From assembly GCA_963666055.2 (NCBI GenBank), contig CAXWPH010000011.1, positions 224,001 through 288,000 of the forward strand: DNA of 64,000 nucleotides, given 5' to 3'. A program made the translations under genes and the position numbers. The notes under the pieces are model-generated. The model saw only the letters and a list, made by a program, of their open reading frames with translations, searched no databases and had not been told where the DNA came from. Below are positions 19,660 through 28,313 of the stretch, in pieces (position 1 is the first letter of the stretch; each line of letters starts with the position of its first letter). The DNA comes from Acidobacteriota bacterium. GTDB taxonomy: Bacteria; Acidobacteriota; UBA890; WLXD01.

Positions 19660-19815
19660 AGCTCCGATATCGGAGACTCGCATACCTGTGCTGCATACTC
19701 AGAGATGACTTATATTAAGTTATACAGATGTATATAGGCTAATACTATTGTTTAACAATGAATTAAAGATTTTAGTTGATTTATTATATGGTTTACTGCT
19801 TTTATAGTCACTGAG
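19660..19815. promoter_or_regulatory. AT-rich divergent control region with several palindromes
   Basis: 21 G+C in 19711-19810; palindromes CTCCGATATCGGAG (19662-75), ACTTA-tat-TAAGT (19708-20), TATACA-ga-TGTATA (19721-34), ATTGTT-t-AACAAT (19747-59). Confidence 0.6.
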
Positions 19816-19848
19816 ATCCAAGAACAAGCCCCCGCCGGACAAGGCCTA

Positions 19849-20289
19849 ATGAAGCTCGGACAGATACTTCTATTCCGCAAGCTGATCGGGCGCGATCAGC
19901 TTCGTGAAGCGCTGCGGCGCCAACGCGCTACGGGTCGCCCAGTCGGCGAGATCCTGCTGCGTATGGGCGTAATCTCCCGCGCCAATATCGTCGAAGCGCT
20001 GCTCGCACAGCCGAAAGCGTCGGTGAACGCCGCCGCGTTGGCGAAGGTGAGTGCAGAGGTCGTTCATGCAGTTCCACGTCCCCTAGCAGAACGGCACTGC
20101 TGCCTCGGGCTGGTACGCAGCGACGGGCATCTGGTACTTGCAATGGTGGACCCTCTGGATCAGTCGGTGATCGCCGAGGTCGAGGCGGCAACGCAGCTCT
20201 GCGTCCTACCCGTAGCAGCATCTGGCGGTGATCTACGGGACGCAATCGCAACCAAGTACACGAGCTCGCAAGCGTGCGGCGCAGACTAG
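19849..20289 (+). CDS. Stand-alone MshEN (GspE/PilB N-terminal) domain protein, putative c-di-GMP receptor
   Basis: KLGQILL..KLI....L..AL..Q and PVGEILL..GVI....I..AL..Q tandem motifs plus LAMVDPLD; no ATPase domain. Confidence 0.85.
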   Translation: MKLGQILLFRKLIGRDQLREALRRQRATGRPVGEILLRMGVISRANIVEALLAQPKASVNAAALAKVSAEVVHAVPRPLAERHCCLGLVRSDGHLVLAMVDPLDQSVIAEVEAATQLCVLPVAASGGDLRDAIATKYTSSQACGAD

Positions 20290-20314
20290 GCACCTCCCGG
20301 GGCTGAGGCCGACA

Positions 20315-22462
20315 ATGCGCACCGACAGCATCCAAACGGACGCGGCTGAGCCTGACGGAGCCCTGGCGGAAGCGCTACAGCGGCTCGACATCGCCGTACA
20401 AACAAGCCGCATGTACCCCGCATCGGCGCCGACGGTCGTACAGTCCGTCGAAGTGGCTCATGCTTCGCTGGTGGCCGCGATAGGCGACGAGCCGGTTTCA
20501 CTCCAGATCCGACCCCAAGAGATCTCGTGGGTCGACCGCCTCACCAAGGAGACTCAATCCGCCATTCTCGAGCGCCTCGCAGAACAGCTTCACCGGCGGC
20601 ACGTTGCACGCCTCACTCTAGGCCCCGGCCTGTCTCTGGAGTCGGTCCTGACGCTGATTGGCGCCCTGGCGCAACGGGAATTCGAGCATAACGACGACGC
20701 CCTGTTGCTCGGAACGATCCCTGGGATCCGCGCGGATCCGCTGGAGCTGCAGGGCTTGGTCGACGGAGGCTCGCAACGCTTCGACCCGGACGACGTCTGG
20801 GGCCAGATCCTGGCTGAGTTCGGCAGCGGCACCGACGATAGCCCCGACTGGGAAGGCATCGCTTTGGATGCAGAGCGTGCGCGGGGCTTTCTCCGGTGGG
20901 CTCTGGATCCCGAGCATCAGCCGGCCGCGATGGCTCACCATTCCCAGACAGACGGTTTCACGCTGCTCGTCGAGCAGATCGCCGGGCGCGCGCCTCAGGT
21001 CGAGAACCTCATCGAAACGCTGGTCGAGGCCTCCACAAGCCTGTTCGACGAGCTCGACCTAGAGGCCTGGATCGACATCCTGACCGACCCGTTGCCGCTG
21101 CAGACTGACGAAGCGAGCGCCCCAGTCGATCTCACGAAACGCCTCGCGAAAGCACTCTCCAGCGGTCAAGTGATGCGCCTAGTGAACTACACCATGAGCT
21201 CGCGGTCGCGAGCTACGCCGCGACTCTACAAGTTCCTGTCGCGGGTCGTTGCCAGCCGCCCAGAGCGATCGGAGATCGCCAACCGTGCGGTACAGATGAC
21301 CAACAGCTCTCCGGTCGAGCTCGCCAAGGCATGGCCCGATCTAATCGAGGTCATGACAGGCGAGAACCCGGATCCTTTCCTGCACCGCGACTATCGAGCG
21401 TTGCTGGAGGACGACTCTGAGATCGGCAAGTCGGCATGGAACAGCGCCAAGGTCCGGGCGCGCTTCGGCGAGCTGGACGGCGACTCCCTGCGTGTACGAA
21501 AGACGCGGATCGCCCACTCGTTGTTGGTGAGCAATCGCGAGTCCCGCTTCTACGAGCACCTGGTGGATGCCCTCGGGAGCTCCCTCGAGACCATCGTGCG
21601 AATGGGCGAGCTGACGCTGCTGGAGGAGATCCTGCTCACGCTGGCGCAACATATCAGTGATGCCGACCGACCCGGCGCAGAGCGCCAGCTAGCCCATCAA
21701 GCGCTGCTTGGCATGCAACAGCGGGAGCTCATCGTGCTGCTCGTCCAGCGCCTCGCCCGGGCCGGCGGGGACGGCTTCCACGCCCTCTGGAGAATAGTGG
21801 AGCATCTGGGACAGCAGTTCCTGCCCGAATTGCTCCAGGCGCTTGCGACAACTAGGTCGCCCTCATACCGGCACCATCTACTACGCATCCTGCGAGGAGT
21901 CAGCGAGCTGCCGCTAGAGGAGTTCGGAGAGTCGCTCAACGACCGCCGCACACCGTATGTACGGGATTTCGTGTGGTTGCTGGCGGAGCTGCGCCGGCCG
22001 GAGCTGGCCCCGCTGCTGCAGGCTGCGGCAACCCACGCCGATGCCAAAGTCCGCAGCGAGGCGCTCGGCGGCTTCGCCTTCCTGTCCGACGAGCCATCGG
22101 AGCTTGCACTCCTTGAAGCCCTCGCAGACACCTCTCTCGAGGTGCGCGTGGCAGCGTTGCGGGCGTTCCGACAACGGTTCGCGAGCCGCTCGCAAGAGCG
22201 CCTGCTGGGCTATTTGTCGCTGCCCAACTGGAACGGCGAAAATACGCGGCTGATTGCCGCAGCCCTCAGTGTGCTCGGTCAGATCGGCGACGAAGCGGCT
22301 CTGGCGGCCATCGTGCCGTTGGCGCGGCGGACTTGGATATTCCGACGGCGTAGACGCACGGTGACCCAGGCGGCTATCGGCGCGGTGCAGAGCATCAACC
22401 AACGTGCGCAGCAGCGGAGCGCAGCAGCGCCACAACCGCAGGAAACTACCCGTGCCGCCTGA
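20315..22462 (+). CDS. HEAT-repeat protein with an uncharacterised N-terminal domain
   Basis: C-terminal HEAT/PBS-like repeats (HADAKVRSEAL, DTSLEVRVAAL); N-terminal YP-containing domain homologous to that of the downstream gene; ATG 20315 chosen. Confidence 0.8.
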   Translation: MRTDSIQTDAAEPDGALAEALQRLDIAVQTSRMYPASAPTVVQSVEVAHASLVAAIGDEPVSLQIRPQEISWVDRLTKETQSAILERLAEQLHRRHVARLTLGPGLSLESVLTLIGALAQREFEHNDDALLLGTIPGIRADPLELQGLVDGGSQRFDPDDVWGQILAEFGSGTDDSPDWEGIALDAERARGFLRWALDPEHQPAAMAHHSQTDGFTLLVEQIAGRAPQVENLIETLVEASTSLFDELDLEAWIDILTDPLPLQTDEASAPVDLTKRLAKALSSGQVMRLVNYTMSSRSRATPRLYKFLSRVVASRPERSEIANRAVQMTNSSPVELAKAWPDLIEVMTGENPDPFLHRDYRALLEDDSEIGKSAWNSAKVRARFGELDGDSLRVRKTRIAHSLLVSNRESRFYEHLVDALGSSLETIVRMGELTLLEEILLTLAQHISDADRPGAERQLAHQALLGMQQRELIVLLVQRLARAGGDGFHALWRIVEHLGQQFLPELLQALATTRSPSYRHHLLRILRGVSELPLEEFGESLNDRRTPYVRDFVWLLAELRRPELAPLLQAAATHADAKVRSEALGGFAFLSDEPSELALLEALADTSLEVRVAALRAFRQRFASRSQERLLGYLSLPNWNGENTRLIAAALSVLGQIGDEAALAAIVPLARRTWIFRRRRRTVTQAAIGAVQSINQRAQQRSAAAPQPQETTRAA

Positions 22463-23822
22463 GCGCTGTTCCCGAGAAGAGGTTCTGATAGATCTCGGCC
22501 GACATCTGCTGTGCGCCCAGCAGAGCCAAGCCATCTACCCAACAAACCACCCGCGCGCGGTCACCGCGCTCCGCGACCTTTACCTTCGTACGGTTGAGTT
22601 GCTGACCGAAGAGGGTGATCTGCGGTTCGCGCTGGCCGACCGCACGTTCATCTTCGACAACGAGGTCCTGCCGATCAACGGCGAGGTACTCGAAGGATTG
22701 GCGGAGCTGTTCTGTCGACGGGGCATCGGCCGCATGGCAGTGTCACGCGGGCTACGCCGGTGGGAGATTACGTCCCTTGTGCAGGCACTCAACGCGCAGA
22801 CCGAAGCCGACGAAGGCATCGAAGCTCTCCTTGCACGGGAGGGCGTCCAGCACGTCGAGGCAGCGCCACTAACCGGCCGAACCGGTGACCCGCGCGGTGG
22901 GTCGGCATCGAGCGGCCCGACGTTGTCGCGGGCCTGGGAGGTCTACTCGGCCAGCCTGGAGAACATGCGCCAGCTCAAGAGCCGCCTCAGCGACGGTATC
23001 GACGCCGACGCGATTGCCCAGGCTGGCTGTCTGGCCGGTGACTTGGTCGACGTCGTGCAAGCGCAGCCACAAGCGTTCTCGCTGCTGTACGCACTCAAGA
23101 ACCACGACGACTATTCGTACACGCACTCCCTGAACGTGGCGATGCTCTCCTTGACGATCGCCCGGTGGCTGGAGCTGCCGCACGAGATGCTCACGCAAGT
23201 CGCCCTCGCAGCTATTCTGCACGACATCGGCAAGGTGATGGTGCCCGACGGCGTGCTCAACAAGCCGGGAAAGCTAACCGACGAAGAGTGGGCGGTCATG
23301 CAGCGCCACGGCGACGACGGAGCGCGCCTGTTGCTCGAATCGCCGGTCAACGATCTGGTCTTCGTGGTTGCCTACGAGCACCAGCTGGCCTACGACGAGC
23401 GGCACACCGACTTCGGCCGGTGGCCGCTGCACCTGGTATCCGAGCTGGTGTGCCTAGCCGATGTATACGACGCGCTGCGGTCGGTTCGACCGTACCGCGA
23501 CTCGCTGCCACCCGACGTCGCCATGAGAATCATGGAGGAGGACGCCGAGACTAAGTTCGATGCCGACTTGTTCGCGGGATTCCGGCGCATGCTGGGCTAC
23601 TATCCTCCCGGAACTTGCTTGAGGCTCAGCGATGGTCGCACGGCGGTCGCGCGCACCACCAACCTCCTCGATCCGGAGCACCCGCGAGTGCTGGTTGTCC
23701 GCACCGTCGACGGCGACGAGATAGAGCCGCCGGAGGCTCTCGACCTGGCGCAAGCCGAGATCGACGTTGAGGAGGTCGCGGACCCGGAGCTCCTAGACAT
23801 CGACCCCGTCGACTATCTCTGA
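22452..23822 (+). CDS. HD-GYP-like (HD-domain) phosphohydrolase, atypical
   Basis: HDDYSYTHSLNV, LHDIGK, LNKPGKLTDEEW..MQRH, ADVYDAL...RPY; GTG 22452 overlaps the upstream gene's end, with AGGA upstream. Confidence 0.88.
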   Translation: MPPERCSREEVLIDLGRHLLCAQQSQAIYPTNHPRAVTALRDLYLRTVELLTEEGDLRFALADRTFIFDNEVLPINGEVLEGLAELFCRRGIGRMAVSRGLRRWEITSLVQALNAQTEADEGIEALLAREGVQHVEAAPLTGRTGDPRGGSASSGPTLSRAWEVYSASLENMRQLKSRLSDGIDADAIAQAGCLAGDLVDVVQAQPQAFSLLYALKNHDDYSYTHSLNVAMLSLTIARWLELPHEMLTQVALAAILHDIGKVMVPDGVLNKPGKLTDEEWAVMQRHGDDGARLLLESPVNDLVFVVAYEHQLAYDERHTDFGRWPLHLVSELVCLADVYDALRSVRPYRDSLPPDVAMRIMEEDAETKFDADLFAGFRRMLGYYPPGTCLRLSDGRTAVARTTNLLDPEHPRVLVVRTVDGDEIEPPEALDLAQAEIDVEEVADPELLDIDPVDYL

Positions 23823-23834
23823 CGTACCGGCCTG

Positions 23835-26141
23835 CTACGGACTCTGCACTTCCTCGCGCGGCACCGGGATGGTCTGAGTCCTGCCATCCTCGGTCGACTC
23901 GATGACAACCTCGTCGGTCTCGTAAACGACGCGCAAGGCGTCCCGACTCTTGTACTCGATGCCTCGATAGGCGAAGCGGGCGGGCACGGCAGGCGTTCCC
24001 CGTAGAAGTAACTCGCCGCTTTCCATGTTGTAGGTAAGCTCGTTTCCGCTTGCCTCCGCCTGGGTATCGCGGAACTGCACCGCGTCCTCGGCGACGACCT
24101 CGCTCCAGCCGCCTTCCTCACTGACCTCCACCCGGAGCTTGTCGGCCTCGATGATACGAGAGCGTTGGCGCATGCTGGCGGCACCACCGAGGCGCAGCTG
24201 CATACCGTCTTGCTCGACGAGAAGGTTGGCTGCGCTCACCGTGGCGTACTCGGGCTCCCCATCCTCGCCGGTCGCCGCTACCGCTACCAGCTCGACCGCG
24301 CCCTGGGCCCGCAGTCGCCCCGGATTCGACTCCAATCGCAGCTCGGCGGTTTCCAACGATTGTGATTCCCAGATGACCTGGACGTTGTCGCGCAGGATCA
24401 GCACCCCTTCGACATCGAGCTCGGCTGACTCGGCGGTCATCTCGACGGCCGGGGTATCGCCGAACAGCACGCTGGCCGCGTCGAGATACTCGTCGGCCAC
24501 GTCGGCGCGGATCGACCCAGTCGCCTCGATGCCCTCGTCCGGTCGCCACGTCATCTCGTCGGCGTACAGATCTACACCACTCGCCGACAGGACCGGGGCG
24601 GGGTCGCCATGTAGTCTCCAGGCGCCCGAGTCCGCGGTATACGAGGCGGCCCCCGCCGACATAGCGCGACCGTCAGCCTCGAACTCGACTCCATCCGGCC
24701 ATTCTGCCTCGTCAAGCGCCCCCTCGACCCAACTGGCAATCAGCTGCTCTCCGGTGAAAATGAGCGAAGCCTCGGAGCTCGACATCGCCAGATCTGCCAC
24801 GACGTTGCCGGCCGCTTCGACGCTCTGCAGGCCAGCTTCGCCAGCGGTGAGCATGAGCTCCGACGCAGTAAGCTCGCGCAAGCTCTCGGCGTCGCCGCGC
24901 GCGCGCCATGCAACGCCGCGGCGCGCCTCGACCGACTGACGGTCGCCATCGGGCCGGAGCTCGATCTCCCGCGCCTCCAGCCGCCCAAAGCCAGGCAACG
25001 TGAGTCGGGAACCCAGCCGTCCACTGATCGCTACGAGGGCGGCCAACTCACCGGTGGCAAATTCGATCCGGATGGTAGCTCCACGAAGGAGACGCACGTC
25101 GCCATCATCGCCGCCGCCTGTCGGGCTCGTGTCGCCAGCGGCTGGGCCGATATCGGCCACACCAGCGATGTCGGTGCTGTCGGTGCCAGCGACATCGACA
25201 GAGGCTACTTCGGAGTCCATCCCTGGCAGCCTGGTCACCTCGTCGTCAAGAGGTTCGACCTGCTCGCCGTCGCTTTCCAGCGCGGCCTGCGCGGCAGCCG
25301 CCGGATTGTCCGCGCGCGGGAAAAACCTTACCCGCGCCCCGCCCGTGGCCTCGATACGGCGCAGCTCGCTGACTCCTGATCCGACGTCGAGAACGATCTC
25401 GTCTGCGCGAACCGAGGCCTGGTTCATCTCCAGCTCGGCGGTTCCCTGCAGGCGCACCTGATCTCCGCCCGGCCGTACCCGCATCTCCTCGGCACTACCG
25501 CGCAGACCTGCCGGCATGGCGCCCTCACCGGCACCACGCCGCAGGGTCAAATCGCCCCACATCCGCAGCTCCTCTGCCACCACGTTCTGTCCGCTGGTAA
25601 CGTCGCCGGCCGTCTGGAAGTGAAGACAGTCCCCGCGCGACTCCATGCCCGCATAGAACAATGTGCTGCGGTTGCAGTTGCTGACCACACCGCTCACCAC
25701 GTCGTAATTGAGCCGCCGTGTTTCGAAGTACCCGTTGTTCGGCAACTCGGCGCGCACGTTACCGATGATGCGAATTTCGTCGAAGTCATCACCGTCCCCG
25801 CTTGTTCGCATCGTGTCGCCAACCACAACGACGTCCTTGTCGGGCCCGTCTTTGCCGAAGATACGCATGCGCACGCCAGCCCACGTGTTCCAGCCGTCGG
25901 AAAAATCGAGCAGCTCGTCGGCAGCAATCTCGTAGAGCTTGCGATTGCCGCGGAACTTGACGAAGTTGATCTTCTCGGTGTGCGACTCGACGCTACGATC
26001 GCCCTCCGGCATTGCCGGAACCTCAACGCGGTCGGAGGCGCGCTCGAGTCCCGCTGCCGGCTGCCAGCTGAGATACACCACCAACGACACCGCGACTGCG
26101 AGGCTTGCGAACGCGAGGCGGAGAAAGGCCGTGACTCGCAT
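23835..26141 (-). CDS. lptC: Fused LptC/LptA-like (multi-OstA beta-jellyroll) LPS transport periplasmic protein
   Basis: N-terminal TM followed by repeated beta-strand OstA-like units (A.G.V, ADE/ADK..Y); synteny with lptB and DUF507 genes. Confidence 0.72.
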   Translation of the reverse strand: MRVTAFLRLAFASLAVAVSLVVYLSWQPAAGLERASDRVEVPAMPEGDRSVESHTEKINFVKFRGNRKLYEIAADELLDFSDGWNTWAGVRMRIFGKDGPDKDVVVVGDTMRTSGDGDDFDEIRIIGNVRAELPNNGYFETRRLNYDVVSGVVSNCNRSTLFYAGMESRGDCLHFQTAGDVTSGQNVVAEELRMWGDLTLRRGAGEGAMPAGLRGSAEEMRVRPGGDQVRLQGTAELEMNQASVRADEIVLDVGSGVSELRRIEATGGARVRFFPRADNPAAAAQAALESDGEQVEPLDDEVTRLPGMDSEVASVDVAGTDSTDIAGVADIGPAAGDTSPTGGGDDGDVRLLRGATIRIEFATGELAALVAISGRLGSRLTLPGFGRLEAREIELRPDGDRQSVEARRGVAWRARGDAESLRELTASELMLTAGEAGLQSVEAAGNVVADLAMSSSEASLIFTGEQLIASWVEGALDEAEWPDGVEFEADGRAMSAGAASYTADSGAWRLHGDPAPVLSASGVDLYADEMTWRPDEGIEATGSIRADVADEYLDAASVLFGDTPAVEMTAESAELDVEGVLILRDNVQVIWESQSLETAELRLESNPGRLRAQGAVELVAVAATGEDGEPEYATVSAANLLVEQDGMQLRLGGAASMRQRSRIIEADKLRVEVSEEGGWSEVVAEDAVQFRDTQAEASGNELTYNMESGELLLRGTPAVPARFAYRGIEYKSRDALRVVYETDEVVIESTEDGRTQTIPVPREEVQSP

Positions 26142-26182
26142 ATGTCAGGCGCCAGGCGTCCGGCCGAGCAGCGAGCGTCCTG

Positions 26183-26464
26183 TCAGCGGACGGGACGGTG
26201 CCGGTCGAATTCCTCGCGGTAGTACTGCCGGTAGAGAATCTCCCATTCCCTTCCCCCCTCGGGAATGTCGCGCTTCTGCGAGGCGATCTTCTGCTGCACC
26301 TTACGGTCGATGTACTCGTCGCGCCGAAGCTCCTCCTGGAAGATCTCGACGATCGCCAGCCGTACGGTGTTCGGCTCGCGGCGCAGCTCCACGGACTCAT
26401 CCTCCCCTAGTGCATCGACCAGGAGGCGTGACAAATGGTTGACCTTGGCGCGAGATAAACGCAT
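26183..26464 (-). CDS. DUF507 family protein
   Basis: MRLSRAKVNHLS...IDRKVQQKIASQKRDIPEGGREWEILYRQYY..E pattern. Confidence 0.8.
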   Translation of the reverse strand: MRLSRAKVNHLSRLLVDALGEDESVELRREPNTVRLAIVEIFQEELRRDEYIDRKVQQKIASQKRDIPEGGREWEILYRQYYREEFDRHRPVR

Positions 26465-26469
26465 ATCGA

Positions 26470-26748
26470 TCAGAGGATGATGTTGCGTTCCCTGGCGAGC
26501 TTCGCCTTGATCACCTTGAACATCTCGTGAAGCTCGACATCGGCGCGCCGGATCTGGTCATTGTAGGTGCGCATGATTTCGCGTACCTCGTCGTTGAGAC
26601 GATCCTCGACCATCAACTCGTCGACGACGATCCCGCTCATGCGGCCTTCTGTTTCTGCGGCGTTTTCGACGCGGATCAACCCGAGTTTGCCGAGGTCGCG
26701 GACGACTCGGAAGGCGATCACGTCGATCTGCTCCTGAGTCATGCGCAT
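26470..26748 (-). CDS. DUF507 family protein
   Basis: ELMVEDRLNDEVREIM...MFKVIKAKLARERNIIL pattern. Confidence 0.8.
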   Translation of the reverse strand: MRMTQEQIDVIAFRVVRDLGKLGLIRVENAAETEGRMSGIVVDELMVEDRLNDEVREIMRTYNDQIRRADVELHEMFKVIKAKLARERNIIL

Positions 26749-26867
26749 TGGTGCCGCCGGGGATCAGCTCGTGGTGAGCGTGGAGTGGTCGCGTTTTTGT
26801 GGATCGTACCACGCCCCTGCCCCGCGCCAGGCGGCAACCTACCAGGCTAGCACGCCGCGAACGGTGG

Positions 26868-28313
26868 TTACTCGATGCGTACCTTCGCCTCCAACGGAAC
26901 GGCGCCATCATCCAGACGGAGGCGCAGCACGTAGTCGCCGGCGACCCCTGCTGGCATCATTGCTTGAACGATCAGGGGGCCCGCCACCGCGTTGGTGCCC
27001 CAGTCGGCGCTCACCTCTTCGAGCTCAACCTCGGCGCCGGCCGAGTCGACTAGCGTCATGCGCACGGTTTCCGCATCAGGGACCTTGCCCCGAAGCCAGG
27101 TGAGGGCAGAGAAGCTGTCGCCCGCAATCAACCGCGGCTCGGCTCCGGAGATGATTCCCACCTCGCCCTCGCGTAACCGAGTCACTGACCGACCAATGAT
27201 CAGCGGGCTGGCAGCGCTACCGCTGTCGGAGATCTCCACCTCTCCATCCCACGTGAACGCCGTCTCCGAGAGCGGATCGAGCACGCGTACGTCTAGCGTG
27301 TATCCGCCTGCTTCCGCCCGCAATAGCAGTGCCGTGCGCAGCGACGCGGCCCCGATGCGCGCCACATCCGCCGCTGGCAAATCGACGGTCCATTCTTGCG
27401 TTCCACGCAACTCATCGGTACCGCCCAGACGCAGCAGCGATGCGTCAATCCGGAGCGTCGCCCGCAGACCATCACCGACAGGTTCGAACAACAGCCCCCG
27501 CAGAGGAATCTCGATTGGGATCACCAGGGCGCCCGCCACCCCGTTGATACCCCAGGTCTCGGCCAGCACGGTGAGCGGCTCGGTTCGCGCCACCGTCTCG
27601 CGAATCGCTACCCTCGTGCTGGCTGCTCCCGCACCGGGCCGGAACTCAGTCACGGTATCTACTAGAGCGCCCTCGTTGGTGAACAAGAACGCGGTTCGCA
27701 GGTCGGTCGGCATACCGCCGACGCCGAGCATGCCCGGATCGCAGAGCTCGAACTGGCCGATACGCGTCTCGACGAAGACCACGTGGAACTCGCCCATCTG
27801 CGACCGAAAGGCCATGTTGTTGGTGCGGTAGGTCCACCACTCCCCCTCCGGATACGAGCAGCGGCCGAAACCCCGCAAGTCCCTCCGGCGCATGCCTCCG
27901 GTGGGTCGGCCGAGGATAACCCAAACTCGGCCACGATCGGACCTCCAGCCACGAGGGAACCCGCGAAACCGCTTGTTCACGAAGGCTACCCGTCGGTAGA
28001 ACTCCTCCTGGAACGCGTGCCCCTCGTCGCGAGTATCAAGGTCGCGCCGGTCCCAGAACCACTTTATGAACTGACGGCGGAGCTCGTCGGTCTTCTGGTC
28101 CTTCCAGGTGTCGTGCTCGTAGTCCAGGATGAGGTATTCGACCGGGCCCCCAGCCCAGTCTTTGAGTGGCCGCTCCTCCTCATAGAAGCGTCGTGCCGCC
28201 TCCATGGTCTTGGGGAACTCGTCCTTCTGTGCAAACGCTGGACGGGTGGTGCCGATCGCTACGATCGGCAGAACAAGGACGATGAGGGCGCGAAATCGGT
28301 CAGGCAAAACCAT
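26868..28313 (-). CDS. GWxTD-domain secreted protein
   Basis: Signal peptide; FIKWFW..RD, EEFYRRVAFVN..F, GWRSDRGRVWVILGRP (GWxTD variant); beta-rich C-terminus. Confidence 0.85.
   Translation of the reverse strand: MVLPDRFRALIVLVLPIVAIGTTRPAFAQKDEFPKTMEAARRFYEEERPLKDWAGGPVEYLILDYEHDTWKDQKTDELRRQFIKWFWDRRDLDTRDEGHAFQEEFYRRVAFVNKRFRGFPRGWRSDRGRVWVILGRPTGGMRRRDLRGFGRCSYPEGEWWTYRTNNMAFRSQMGEFHVVFVETRIGQFELCDPGMLGVGGMPTDLRTAFLFTNEGALVDTVTEFRPGAGAASTRVAIRETVARTEPLTVLAETWGINGVAGALVIPIEIPLRGLLFEPVGDGLRATLRIDASLLRLGGTDELRGTQEWTVDLPAADVARIGAASLRTALLLRAEAGGYTLDVRVLDPLSETAFTWDGEVEISDSGSAASPLIIGRSVTRLREGEVGIISGAEPRLIAGDSFSALTWLRGKVPDAETVRMTLVDSAGAEVELEEVSADWGTNAVAGPLIVQAMMPAGVAGDYVLRLRLDDGAVPLEAKVRIE

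Noticed and set aside
19700-19810. AT-rich tract as oriC unwinding element or dif site
   Set aside because: No convincing DnaA boxes (TTATCCACA) nearby and no dnaA; TGTATA is present but the XerC/XerD arms do not match the dif consensus
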